This document shows, piece by piece, positions 44,770 to 54,800 of a stretch of 64,000 bases of DNA (within the stretch, counting starts at the first letter, position 1; each line of letters starts with the position of its first letter). This stretch comes from Candidatus Dasytiphilus stammeri. Lineage in GTDB: Bacteria; Pseudomonadota; Gammaproteobacteria; Enterobacterales; Enterobacteriaceae. A program made the position numbers and the translations under genes. The notes under the pieces are model-generated. The model was given only the letters and a program-made list of their open reading frames with translations. It did not search any database and was not told the DNA's origin. Where the stretch lies: the NCBI GenBank assembly GCA_041941865.1, contig CP145873.1:171752-235751 (forward strand), given 5' to 3'.

Positions 44770-45876
44770 TTAACAATTTTTTATAACTGAACATCCATTG
44801 CGAACAAAAATAGGATTAGTAACTTCTACAGAAACCATTTTTTTAGATTGAAGATAATTAGGAAGATATACTTCAGCTGAGGTTCCAATATTGATTGGTA
44901 CTCGTGCTAAAGCTATGCTATGACCTAAAGTAGGAGAATAACTTCCACTTGTAATTATACCTAGTTGTGTATAATAATTTTTGTATCTAAAATGAACTAA
45001 AAAATTTTTTCTTAAAACTCCTTTTTCTTTCATTAATAATCCTACTAATTTAGTTTTTTGCTTTTTAATTTGTAGAGCTTTTTTTCCTATAAAATTACGT
45101 GGATATTTCCAACTAATTGTTCGTTCCATATTTGCTTCTAAAAGAAAAATACTTTCATTTATCTCATTACCATAAAGATTCATGCCAGCTTCAATTCGTA
45201 ATGTATCTCGTGCTCCTAATCCTGCAGGTATTACTCCCAAATTTTTTAATTGTTTCCAAAAATCTACTGTATTTTTTTTGGGAAGAGCAATTTCGTATCC
45301 TTTTTCTCCGGTATATCCTGTATAAGAAATAAAAAATTCATCAATTTGTACATGCGAAAATGGTAATTTTTGTACTTCTGCTAGTTGTTGTGAACTAAAA
45401 ATCTTCTGGATTTGTTTTTGTGCGTTAGGTCCTTGTATAGATATCAAAGATAAATCTGTTCTTATTTTCATAAAAACTTGAAAATAACGAGCATGATAAT
45501 TAATCCATACTAAATCTTTACTACGATTTGCTGCATTAACTATTAATCTAAAATAATTTACATCTATAAAATAAACAATTAAATCATCAATAACTCCTCC
45601 ATCTTCATTTAACATTCCAGTATATAAAGATTTTCCGGGAAATTGTAATTTAGCTATATCATTAGCTAACAGATACCGTAAAAATTTGTTTGTATTCAAA
45701 CCATATAAATCTATTATTACCATATGAGATATATCAAACATACCTGCATCATTTCGAACAGCTTTATGTTCTGTTATTTGAGAACCGTAATGTAAAGGTA
45801 AAATCCAGTTATGAAAATTTACCATTGTAGCACCACATTTTTTGTGCTGTTTGAATAAAATTGTATGTTTGATCAT
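44770..45876 (-). CDS. gcvT: Aminomethyltransferase, glycine cleavage T protein
   Basis: 368 aa. CGATMVNFHNWILPLHYGSQITEHKAVRNDAGMFDISHM matches E. coli GcvT. Confidence 0.95.
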   Translation of the reverse strand: MIKHTILFKQHKKCGATMVNFHNWILPLHYGSQITEHKAVRNDAGMFDISHMVIIDLYGLNTNKFLRYLLANDIAKLQFPGKSLYTGMLNEDGGVIDDLIVYFIDVNYFRLIVNAANRSKDLVWINYHARYFQVFMKIRTDLSLISIQGPNAQKQIQKIFSSQQLAEVQKLPFSHVQIDEFFISYTGYTGEKGYEIALPKKNTVDFWKQLKNLGVIPAGLGARDTLRIEAGMNLYGNEINESIFLLEANMERTISWKYPRNFIGKKALQIKKQKTKLVGLLMKEKGVLRKNFLVHFRYKNYYTQLGIITSGSYSPTLGHSIALARVPINIGTSAEVYLPNYLQSKKMVSVEVTNPIFVRNGCSVIKNC

Positions 45877-46255
45877 TTTAGTTTGTTTTGAAAAAAAATT
45901 TTATCATTATTTTTATAATTAATTAAAAAATCATATCTTTTATTTAAATTTGTAAATTTTATCAAAAAAAAATTTTTATAGAAAAAGTTATCTATGAATA
46001 CTAATAATTTACGTCAAATACATTCTTTACTTTATTACAATTTTCTGTTTTTTTAAAAAAAATGAACATTCTTATGTAAGATAATACTTATTAACTAGAA
46101 TTCAGTATAGTATTTTTATACTATCAATATTATTACGTTATATTATTAGTTTCATTTAATTAAAATTCATTCATTTCAAAATTAAATTTGTTTTATTTCA
46201 AACAGTGATTTTCATTATTAAAAAATTTTTCTAAAAAATTTTTATTTTCAAAAAA

Positions 46256-46924
46256 TTATATTTTGTTATGGTAAACATTCACTCCATGTAAATGACTAAT
46301 TAAAGCTATGTCTGCACTACGTCGAGCAAATAACCCTACAGTAACCACACCACTTAACATAGTAAGTTTCTCTTCTATTTCAATAGGATTAACTATACAT
46401 AAATTATATATATCAATAATAATATTTCCGTTATCTGTAATAATTCCTGGACGATATTGAGGAAAACCTCCTAACTTTACTACTTCTCGAGCAATATAGG
46501 AACGTGCCATAGGTATTACTTCTATAGGTAAAGGATGTTGTTTTCCTAAGATATTTACTAATTTACTATAATCTGCAATACAGATAAATATTTTTGCTAA
46601 TGATGAAATAACTTTTTCTTGAGTGAGAGCAGCTCCTTTTCCTTTAATTAACTGTAATTTATTATTAATTTCATCTGCACTATCAATATAAATAGGAATA
46701 TAGTCTACATCATTACAATTTAATACAGGAATTTTTAAACTTTTCAATTTAGTAGTAGAATCATTTGAACTAGATACGGTACCTTCTATTTGATTTTTAA
46801 TTGTACTTAAAGCGGTAATAAAGTAACTAACTGTACTACCCGAACCTATTCCTACTATGGAATTGGGAGTAATATACTTGATAGCTTCCCATGCTGCCAA
46901 TTGTTGTAAGTAATTTTTGTTCAT
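46256..46924 (-). CDS. rpiA: Ribose-5-phosphate isomerase A
   Basis: 222 aa. GIGSGSTV and KGKGAALTQEK motifs are present. Confidence 0.94.
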   Translation of the reverse strand: MNKNYLQQLAAWEAIKYITPNSIVGIGSGSTVSYFITALSTIKNQIEGTVSSSNDSTTKLKSLKIPVLNCNDVDYIPIYIDSADEINNKLQLIKGKGAALTQEKVISSLAKIFICIADYSKLVNILGKQHPLPIEVIPMARSYIAREVVKLGGFPQYRPGIITDNGNIIIDIYNLCIVNPIEIEEKLTMLSGVVTVGLFARRSADIALISHLHGVNVYHNKI

Positions 46925-46947
46925 GAGCTATGATCCTCCTAAATTGA

Positions 46948-47787
46948 TCATGCTTCTTTGTTATTATTTTGCTCTTGTCTAAGACTTAATTGACATTTTT
47001 CTAATAAATCCCAATAAATATTTTGTAATTCTTTTCCTCGTCCCCACCATCTTACAATAAAATTTAGATAATTAATGTGAATTTCATGTAATTTAATGAT
47101 AATTTCACGTTCTTTAATAATTCGTGAGTCTGCATATACTATCTTAGTAAGAATTTCTTTTATTTTTTTAATATCTGAATTTATAGATACTCTTATTATC
47201 ATTTCAGATCGGCGGATTGGTTCACGAGAATAATTAATAATATTTCCAGCAATCACTTTACCATTAGGAACAACAATAGTTTTTCCATCTGCTGAAAGAA
47301 GTGTAGTAGAAAATATTTGAATTTGCTGCACTATCCCATTAATTCCGCCTAAGTCTACGTATTCTCCTACTCGTAATGGTCTAAAAATTACTAATAATAC
47401 TCCCGCTGCTAAATTGGATAGAGATCCTTGTAATGATAAGCCTACTGCTAAACCTGCTGCACCTAGAACAGTTATAATAGAAGCAGTTTGTACTCCAACG
47501 CGATTTAATGCTGCTGTTACAGAAAAAGTAATAATACTATACCGTAATAGCATTGATAAAAAATCAGCAACTGTAATATCAAGATGCCGGGCTAAAAATA
47601 TTTTGTTAATATTTTTCGAAAAAGAACTAGCCAGACCCATACCAATACATATTATTGCTATTGCAGCTATTACATTAATTATGTAACTAAATAATAATGA
47701 ATGATTATGCATCATCCAAAATGCTGCATATTTAAAAATTTTTATTATATTATTATTTTCTATACGAAAATATTGTGTAAAAATCAT
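46948..47787 (-). CDS. mscS: Small-conductance mechanosensitive channel MscS
   Basis: 279 aa. GVQTASIITVLGAAGLAVGLSLQGSLSNLAAGVLLVIFRP is near-identical to E. coli MscS TM3. It lies next to fbaA as in E. coli. Confidence 0.93.
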   Translation of the reverse strand: MIFTQYFRIENNNIIKIFKYAAFWMMHNHSLLFSYIINVIAAIAIICIGMGLASSFSKNINKIFLARHLDITVADFLSMLLRYSIITFSVTAALNRVGVQTASIITVLGAAGLAVGLSLQGSLSNLAAGVLLVIFRPLRVGEYVDLGGINGIVQQIQIFSTTLLSADGKTIVVPNGKVIAGNIINYSREPIRRSEMIIRVSINSDIKKIKEILTKIVYADSRIIKEREIIIKLHEIHINYLNFIVRWWGRGKELQNIYWDLLEKCQLSLRQEQNNNKEA

Positions 47788-47822
47788 ATAATTTTATATG
47801 TCAAAATATGAAACAAATAGAA

Positions 47823-48896
47823 TTAAAAAAGATTAATGGCATTAAATTGTTGAAATAATTTTTTTAAACGTATTATGAGACTTATTTGTCCAGCTCGAAG
47901 CCAATTTCGAGGATCATAAAATTTTTTATTGGGCAAGTATTCCCCATTAGGATTACCTAATTGACTTTGTAAATATGCTTTATTTTGGTTATAATAATTT
48001 AATATTCCCTGCCAAGTAGCCCATTGAGTATCAGTATCAATATTAATTTTTACTACACCATAATTAATAGATTCTTTAATTTGATTCAGAGATGAACCTG
48101 ATCCGCCATGAAAAACAAAATTTAATGGATTAAGAGGTAATCCATGTTTTTTACTTACATAAGTTTGGCATTGTTTCAGAATACTAGGCATTAATTTCAC
48201 ATTTCCTGGTCTATATACACCATGGACATTACCAAATGAGGCAGCTATAGTAAAATTATTACTAATTATCCTAAGTTTTTCATAAGCAAAGTTAATATCT
48301 TCAGGTTTAGTATATAATTCTGTATGTACCGAATCATTATCTACACCTACCTCTTCTTCGCCTGTACATCCTAGTTCGATTTCTAGTGTCATATTTATTT
48401 TTGACATTCTGGTCAGATAATGACTACTAATAGCTATATTTTCTTTCAAAGATTGTTTTGACAAATCAATCATATGAGATGAAAATAATGGTTGTCCAGT
48501 CTTTTGAAAGTACGATTCTCCTTCCTCTAGCAGACCATCAATCCATGAAAGTAAATTTTTTGAACAGTGATCGGTATGTAAAATAACTGGCACACCATAA
48601 TATTTTGCCATTTGATGAACATGATGCGCTGCAGATATAGATCCTTGTATTGCTGTTTGTACTGTATTTTTTTTCAGTCCTTTTCCAGCAAAAAATATAG
48701 ATCCATTATATGAAAATTGTATAATAATAGGTGATTTTACTTTGCAAGCTGTTTCAAGAACTGCATTAATTGAATCTGTGCCAATACAATTAACTGCGGG
48801 TAATGCAAATTTATAATGTTTAGCAATTTCAAAGATTTTTTGTACATTACTGCCTGTTATTACACCTGGTAAAACGAAATTTAATATTTTTGACAT
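47823..48896 (-). CDS. fbaA: Fructose-bisphosphate aldolase class II
   Basis: 357 aa. PVILHTDHC, FGNVHGVY and FVFHGGSGS match. Confidence 0.96.
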   Translation of the reverse strand: MSKILNFVLPGVITGSNVQKIFEIAKHYKFALPAVNCIGTDSINAVLETACKVKSPIIIQFSYNGSIFFAGKGLKKNTVQTAIQGSISAAHHVHQMAKYYGVPVILHTDHCSKNLLSWIDGLLEEGESYFQKTGQPLFSSHMIDLSKQSLKENIAISSHYLTRMSKINMTLEIELGCTGEEEVGVDNDSVHTELYTKPEDINFAYEKLRIISNNFTIAASFGNVHGVYRPGNVKLMPSILKQCQTYVSKKHGLPLNPLNFVFHGGSGSSLNQIKESINYGVVKINIDTDTQWATWQGILNYYNQNKAYLQSQLGNPNGEYLPNKKFYDPRNWLRAGQISLIIRLKKLFQQFNAINLF

Positions 48897-48966
48897 AAAA
48901 TATTCCTTGAATAAATTAGTATATTTTTCTATTTAAGATAAAGATTAATATTTCGTTATTTTATAA

Positions 48967-50151
48967 TTAGATAATAGTCTTATTAAGATAATTTTTAGAA
49001 ATATCTTCTAGAATAGTAAGAACAGGTAATTTTTTACCTTCTACAAAGGATAAAAAAGAACCTCCTCCAGTAGAAATATAAGAAATATATTTTTTTACTC
49101 CAAATAATTCAATTGCAGCTTGAGTATCTCCTCCTCCAGCAATAGAATAAGCATTACTTTTTGTAATAGCATCTACTATCATTTTCGTTCCACTACTAAA
49201 ATTAGGAAATTCAAAAACACCTACTGGTCCATTCCAAAGAATAGTTTTAGCTTTGTTGACAATTCCAATCATAATTTGAGTAGTTTTATCCCCAAAATCC
49301 ATAATTTTTTCATTAGATTCTATTTGAGTTACTCTTTTTGATATTGACTTAGACGTTTCAGAAAATTCTAATCCTACTCGAACATCTATTGGAATAGGTA
49401 AATAATAGGTATCTCGTAATATTTTAGCGATTTCTATAAAATCTGGTTCATATAAAGATTCTCCTACTTGGTTATCAATTGCAATAAAAGTATTAGCAAT
49501 ACCACCCCCTATAATGACTTTATCAGCAACTTGACTAAGATAATTTAATATCTCAAATTTTGTCGAAATTTTTGATCCTCCTACTATAGCTACCATAGGT
49601 CTTTGTGGTTTTGTTACCGCTTGACTTAAAGCTTTTAATTCTAATTCTAATAGTGGTCCAGTACAAGCAATCGGTACAAATTTCATTACTCCATATGTAG
49701 AAGCATCTTTACGATGAGCAGCTCCGAATGCATCCATTACAAAAACATCACATAATGAGGCATATTGTTTAGCTAAAAATTCGTCATTTTGCTTTTCTCC
49801 TTTATTAAATCTTACATTCTCTAGAATAACTAATTCAGAGTTACCTATATGTAATCCTTGTAAATAATTATTTTCTAAACGAATTGAACAAGAAAAATGT
49901 TGTTGTAATATTTTGACAATAGGCATAAGAGAAAAGGATTTATGATATGTACCTTCTATAGGTCTTCCTAAATGAGACATTACAATAATTTTAGCACCTT
50001 TTTCTAGTGCTATTTTAATAGTAGGGATAAATGCATTTATTCGTGTTGCTGATATAATTCTGCCTTCTTTATTAAGAGGAACATTTAAATCAGCCCGAAT
50101 TAAAACTCTTTTTTTTGATAAATTTAAATGTATCATTTTTATGATAGACAT
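48967..50151 (-). CDS. pgk: Phosphoglycerate kinase
   Basis: 394 aa. [15 protein letters not shown] and [14 protein letters not shown] match. Confidence 0.96.
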   Translation of the reverse strand: MSIIKMIHLNLSKKRVLIRADLNVPLNKEGRIISATRINAFIPTIKIALEKGAKIIVMSHLGRPIEGTYHKSFSLMPIVKILQQHFSCSIRLENNYLQGLHIGNSELVILENVRFNKGEKQNDEFLAKQYASLCDVFVMDAFGAAHRKDASTYGVMKFVPIACTGPLLELELKALSQAVTKPQRPMVAIVGGSKISTKFEILNYLSQVADKVIIGGGIANTFIAIDNQVGESLYEPDFIEIAKILRDTYYLPIPIDVRVGLEFSETSKSISKRVTQIESNEKIMDFGDKTTQIMIGIVNKAKTILWNGPVGVFEFPNFSSGTKMIVDAITKSNAYSIAGGGDTQAAIELFGVKKYISYISTGGGSFLSFVEGKKLPVLTILEDISKNYLNKTII

Positions 50152-50233
50152 AACCGATCATCTCTTAGAGAAATAAGAATAAAATTTTTCCTAAAAAATT
50201 ATATATTACTTTAATCATTTTCTTACATTATTT

Positions 50234-52258
50234 TCATGAATATTTTTTTGTGTTTTGAAGTAATTTTTTTACTGTTTGAATAATTTTTTCTACTGTTAAA
50301 CCAAAGTGGTAAAAAATTTTGTTGGCAGGACCAGATTTTCCAAAAGAATTTATTCCTAATATTGATCCATGCAAACCTATATATTTATACCAATAATCTT
50401 TAATACCTGCTTCAATAGCTATACGTACAATAACCCTTGTTGGTAAAATGATTTGTTTATAATCATCATTTTGTTTATCAAATACATCAGGTGATGGCAT
50501 CGAAACTACTTGTACTTTATATCCTTCATTAGTTAATGAAATATAAGCAGAGGTAGCTAATTGTATTTCAGAACCAGTAGCTATTAAAATTACATCAGGT
50601 CTTTCAAGAGATTTTTTTAAAATATATGCTCCTTTATTAATATAATTAATTTGTTCTAGAGATCTTTCTTGCTGATATAATATTTGACGAGATAATATTA
50701 ATGCTGTAGGACCTTCATGATTTTCTATCGCGTATTTCCAACTAACTGCAGTTTCTACTTGATCACAAGGTCTCCATGTAGTTAAATTAGGTGTCATACG
50801 TAAACTAGCTAATTGTTCTATAGGTTGATGAGTAGGTCCATCTTCACCTATTCCAATTGAGTCATGAGTATAAATGAATATTTGATGAATTTTCATTAAT
50901 GAAGCCATACGTACTGCATTACGTGCATATTCTTCAAATATTAAAAAAGTTCCTGTATAAGGTAAAAATCCTTTATGCAGAGCTATACCATTTGCTATAG
51001 CAGTCATTCCAAATTCTCGAACACCATAATGAATATAATTACCATTATTATTTTTGTGAAGAGCTTTACTTTGTGTCACAAAAGTAAGATTACTTGATGT
51101 TAAATCTGCCGATCCTCCTAAAATTTCTGGTAACATTTTTCCTAAAAAATGTAATGTTTTTTGTGAAGCTTGACGTCCGGATATATGATCTGGTTGTCTG
51201 TGAAGTTGTTTAATAAAATTTTTCACGTTTTTATGCCAATTGGATGGTAGTCTATCTTGTTGACGTCGTAAAAATTCACTTGCTAATTTAGGAAAAGATT
51301 TTTTATATTGAGAAAAATTTGTTTTCCATATTTCTTCTTTTTTGCTACCTACTTCTTTTGCATCCCATTTAGCATAAATTTCTTTAGGAATAAAAAAAGC
51401 TGGATAAAACCATTGTAAATAATTTCTAGTAATTTTTAATTCATCGGTTCCTAATGGAGATCCATGAATTTTATTTGTTCCTGCTTTATTTATTGATCCA
51501 AAACCGATAATCGTTGTACATATAATAATAGAGGGCTGAAAAATGAAATTTTTAGCTTCTTGAATAGCTTTACTTATAGAGACTGAGTCATGCCCATCTA
51601 CTTTATTTATGACATGCCAACCATAAGATTCAAATCTTTTTGCTGTATTATCTGTAAACCATCCTGAAACTGGTCCATCTATAGATATACCATTTTTATC
51701 GTAGAAAACAATTAATTTTCCTATTTTTAAAGTTCCTGCTAATGAACATACTTCATGTGAAATACCTTCCATAAGGCACCCATCACCTACAAACACATAA
51801 GTATAATGATCTACTATGATATGTTCTTTTTGATTAAATTGTGCTGCTAAAGTTTTCTCTGCTATAGCCATTCCAACAGCATTTGCTAAACCTTGACCTA
51901 AAGGTCCAGTAGTAGTTTCTACTCCAGGAGTATGTAAATACTCTGGATGACCAGGAGTTTTAGAATATAATTGCCTAAATTTTTTTATTTCGCTTAGAGG
52001 TAAATTATAACCAGTTAAATGAAGAAGGCTATAAATTAGCATTGAAGCATGTCCATTAGACAGTACGAAACGATCTCTATTACACCAAGCTGGATTATTA
52101 GGATTATGATTTAAATACTTCCTCCATAATACTTCGGCAATATCTGCCATTCCCATAGGAGCTCCAGGATGACCAGATTGAGCTTTTTCAATAGCATCTA
52201 TACTGAGGATACGAATAATATTAGCAAGTCTTTGACGAGAAGAACTTTTCTTTTTCAT
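50234..52258 (-). CDS. tktA: Transketolase
   Basis: 674 aa. [31 protein letters not shown] and [18 protein letters not shown] match. Confidence 0.96.
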   Translation of the reverse strand: MKKKSSSRQRLANIIRILSIDAIEKAQSGHPGAPMGMADIAEVLWRKYLNHNPNNPAWCNRDRFVLSNGHASMLIYSLLHLTGYNLPLSEIKKFRQLYSKTPGHPEYLHTPGVETTTGPLGQGLANAVGMAIAEKTLAAQFNQKEHIIVDHYTYVFVGDGCLMEGISHEVCSLAGTLKIGKLIVFYDKNGISIDGPVSGWFTDNTAKRFESYGWHVINKVDGHDSVSISKAIQEAKNFIFQPSIIICTTIIGFGSINKAGTNKIHGSPLGTDELKITRNYLQWFYPAFFIPKEIYAKWDAKEVGSKKEEIWKTNFSQYKKSFPKLASEFLRRQQDRLPSNWHKNVKNFIKQLHRQPDHISGRQASQKTLHFLGKMLPEILGGSADLTSSNLTFVTQSKALHKNNNGNYIHYGVREFGMTAIANGIALHKGFLPYTGTFLIFEEYARNAVRMASLMKIHQIFIYTHDSIGIGEDGPTHQPIEQLASLRMTPNLTTWRPCDQVETAVSWKYAIENHEGPTALILSRQILYQQERSLEQINYINKGAYILKKSLERPDVILIATGSEIQLATSAYISLTNEGYKVQVVSMPSPDVFDKQNDDYKQIILPTRVIVRIAIEAGIKDYWYKYIGLHGSILGINSFGKSGPANKIFYHFGLTVEKIIQTVKKLLQNTKKYS

Positions 52259-52493
52259 ATAAATTTTTTTAAATTTTTTATTGAAAATAAATTATAACAT
52301 TTTCATTTTTTTTTGATTTCATAGATCAATCACATTTTTATCATTTATGTCTTGAAGATTTGTCTAAATATTTTTTTTGTAAAGATCTATTATTTAATCA
52401 TGAATGATTTATTATTACTTATTATTTTTCGAAAAAAAATTAATTTTTGGATTTATATATCAATAAAATTTTCTATAACCAAGAATCTTACTC

Positions 52494-53054
52494 TTATAAA
52501 ATAGGCCATAATTTCGGAAAAAGATTAAATCCTAAAATATTAAAAAAATATATGAGTAATAATGCTACTACTGGAGAAGAATCAAATTCTTCTATATTAG
52601 TAATATGATTACGTATAGGATCTAGAATAGGATTCGTAAGTTGAGTTAAAATATGAAGAATAGGATGATATCCTTGACTAATTACATGTATGAACCATTT
52701 TAAAAGTATTATCCATACTAGTAAATATCCAGTTATTTTAATTAAACCAAGAATAGATATGAGAAAAATATTGATAAATATCAATTCATATTGCTTTTCT
52801 ACCAGTACAAGAAGAGTAAAATATTTGAGAAATGTTAGAAAAAAAGCTATTATAAGAGAATTAATTTCTAAATTTTTATAAAAAATAGGTTGAAAAGATC
52901 GTAAAGGCTGTACTAAAGATTGAGTCATTTTTATAACTAATTGAACTAGAGGATTATAAAAATAGTCTAATACTAAAAGCATCCAACAACGCAGTAGTAA
53001 CATTATTATGTATAAATCTATAATATTTTTTATCATGTTAAATATCATTCTCAT
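52494..53054 (-). CDS. yggT: YggT-family inner-membrane protein
   Basis: IDLYIIMLLLRCWM..FYNPLVQLVIKMTQSLVQPLR aligns with E. coli YggT. The listed ORF start at 53069 is a TTG; the ATG at 53054 reproduces the E. coli N-terminal length. Confidence 0.82.
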   Translation of the reverse strand: MRMIFNMIKNIIDLYIIMLLLRCWMLLVLDYFYNPLVQLVIKMTQSLVQPLRSFQPIFYKNLEINSLIIAFFLTFLKYFTLLVLVEKQYELIFINIFLISILGLIKITGYLLVWIILLKWFIHVISQGYHPILHILTQLTNPILDPIRNHITNIEEFDSSPVVALLLIYFFNILGFNLFPKLWPIL

Positions 53055-53342
53055 TATTTTGTCCTTCAATTATTTATTAATAATAAATAACAGTCAAACA
53101 TAGGATCAGAAATGATAAGTCCTATAGTAAAAGAATATATTTCTTATTTTATTTTTTTAATCAACTAGTAATTTTCTGTTTTTTTTCTAAATTTTCGATA
53201 ATTTTTTTGAAAATTTTATTTTCGATTATTAATCTATTTTTTTGAAAATTGAAAAATTTTTACTATTTATACTTGTATATTGATTTTTCAGAGTCATTTC
53301 ATGACTAATATACTATTATTTTTATTTTGAACTATAGATAGA

Positions 53343-53768
53343 TTAATGGTTATTTATCTGCAATAAAAAACTTTCTAAAATTATTGCCGCAGAAAGAGAA
53401 TCTATATTGGATTTAGTTAAAGATTTACATCCTCTTTTTAGAAATAATTGATGACGGGCTTCAATGGTTGTTAGTCTTTCATCATGAAATTGAATAGGAA
53501 TTTTAAATCTTATTTTTATTTGATGCGCAAAATTTCTACTGTCTTGAGTTACTGATTGTTCAGTACCATCCATATTTAATGGTAGTCCTATGATAATTCT
53601 ATCTGGATTCCATTGATATATATGGATCTTAATTTGAGACCAATTGGGACAATGATTAATAGTATTAATAGATAGTAAAGGAGTTGCAGTATTAGTAATT
53701 GTTTGTCCTATAGCGACTCCAATACTTTTAGTACCAAAATCAAATGCTAAAAATGTCTGAAATTTCAT
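53343..53768 (-). CDS. ruvX: Putative pre-16S rRNA nuclease / Holliday-junction-resolvase-like protein YqgF (RuvX)
   Basis: 141 aa. LAFDFGTKSIGVAIGQ, IIIGLPLNMDGTEQ and HDERLTT match. Confidence 0.92.
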   Translation of the reverse strand: MKFQTFLAFDFGTKSIGVAIGQTITNTATPLLSINTINHCPNWSQIKIHIYQWNPDRIIIGLPLNMDGTEQSVTQDSRNFAHQIKIRFKIPIQFHDERLTTIEARHQLFLKRGCKSLTKSNIDSLSAAIILESFLLQINNH

Positions 53769-53816
53769 GAAATTCTTTATTATTAATTTTATTTTTGATC
53801 ATATCCATTATTATTT

Positions 53817-54514
53817 CTATGATAGAAAATGAACATTATTCAATTTGTTGTAGTCCAGTTTAACTAGTAATATTAATTTATCTCCAATAATATCTAAACT
53901 TACAACTACTTCATTTATTTTCCAAGTAGAACTTAAGTTCATTGCAATATTTCAATATATTTTTATAAAAATGGTACTTATTCAGATATTCCTCCCAAAA
54001 AATTATTGAGAATTTATCCTCCAGGTCAAATTCTTGCTAAGAAAAATTCATTATACTTCTTTTCCATCTTCAAGTGGAAAAATAATATCTGAATATATTC
54101 AAAAAAACTTATATAGTTTTTTGTTTGTTACTAAACTAGCAGTAATTACATGAGTTTAATAAGAATGAAATATTTATTTCATTACATTCCCGTCAACTCA
54201 GGATTTGATTAATTATTAAAGTGATTATTTTTGCGATCGTTCAAGAATATTATTTTCATAAATAAATTCTGAGTTTACAGGAAGATATTTTCGTATGAAA
54301 ATAATATTCAAATATTTAATATTATTATTACCAAAGGAATCAAATTAATATTTGAGAATAGAAATAGTTCTTCTTTCATAAGCAATTTCATGTTAGAAAT
54401 ATATGTTCTGGATTTTCATATAAATTTTTTTTAAATTTTGTCATTAATATAATCGTCAAAGAGTAAACCTAGTTTCTTTTTTTAGTTTATATTAAAATAT
54501 CTAATTTTTATCAT
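53817..54514 (-). pseudogene. gshB: Glutathione synthetase gshB pseudogene (one frameshift in an A7 run, ~17 in-frame stops, several small deletions)
   Basis: Manual minus-strand translation gives MIKIRYFNIN* (frame A), then frame B: KKETRFTL*RLY**QNLKKIYMKIQNIYF ... NIIFIRKYLPVNSEFIYENNILERSQK* ... SLVTNKKLYKFF*IYSDIIFPLEDGKEV**IF ... SSTWKINEVVVSLDIIGDKL ... *. This is collinear with E. coli GshB (MIKLGIVMDPIANINIKKDSSFAMLLEAQRRGYELHYMEMGDLYL ... DVILMRKDPPFDTEFIYATYILERAEEKG ... TLVTRNKAQLKAFWEKHSDIILKPLDGMGGASIF ... ESDWKI...GLDIIGDRL). It sits in the expected syntenic slot upstream of ruvX. Confidence 0.75.
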
Positions 54515-54800
54515 TTATTAGTATTCAATAAATGATTTTTCTTCCATATTATTTTTCATAATTATTTATTAATGTTACACTATTGTCTTCTGTATTTATT
54601 ATGAGTATTTAATGTATTTGATAAGGAGTCTCAATGAAAACTCCTCCTTTAGGTTATCTTTATTAAAAAAATAATTAAAATATTTTTAAATTTTACTCTC
54701 AATTAAACCAATATTATGAACTACCAACTTTTTCAATGAAAATTTTCTAAAATTCATTAAATTACTTTAACTAATACATTACTATGTAATATTTACGTAT

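Noticed and set aside
45877-46255. I searched the gcvT-rpiA spacer for 6S RNA (ssrS), which lies in this interval in E. coli, and for any other structured RNA.
   Set aside because: The 379 bp are almost pure A/T, with no GC-containing helices and no similarity to the 6S sequence as I remember it.
47414-47686. A 90-aa plus-strand ORF inside mscS. The same applies to other short ORFs nested antisense in valS (9402-9602), the adhesin gene (14866-15093), hflK (21465-21668), orn (25431-25649), mnmE (30755-30940), gyrB (37300-37557), gcvP (43750-43950), gcvH (44436-44654), gcvT (45117-45332), pgk (49120-49341) and yggT (52690-52881), and to the ORF at 8122-8337.
   Set aside because: Each overlaps a well-conserved gene on the opposite strand or in another frame, or lies in an AT-only spacer, and shows no recognisable motif.
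53198-53270. An apparent tandem repetition (TTTTCGATAATTTTTTTGAAAATT / TTTTCGATTATTAATCTATTTTTTTGAAAATT) in the ruvX-yggT spacer.
   Set aside because: It is low-complexity AT-rich sequence with imperfect copies. The spacer is where yggS (and pilT/yggR) lie in E. coli and may hold a faint YggS C-terminal trace (TIGLII versus RIGTAIF). This is not a credible repeat element or CRISPR.
53817-54259. My initial reading of this stretch as a yqgE relic, which synteny predicts upstream of ruvX. It was based on S.W.K and LGG-like fragments.
   Set aside because: Careful frame-by-frame translation shows that the same stretch belongs to one continuous gshB-homologous frame (SDWKI and GLDIIGDRL are GshB motifs). 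yqgE appears to be deleted entirely.
54623-54660. A perfect AAGGAG Shine-Dalgarno sequence, a 5-nt spacer, and an ATG opening a 10-codon micro-ORF (MKTPPLGYLY) on the plus strand, overlapping a GGAGT...ACTCC hairpin.
   Set aside because: The ORF is too short and sits inside a gene graveyard. The GGAGG is better explained as the relic of an ...EGG... coding segment on the opposite strand (possibly rsmE). No T-run follows the hairpin, so it is not a convincing metK terminator.
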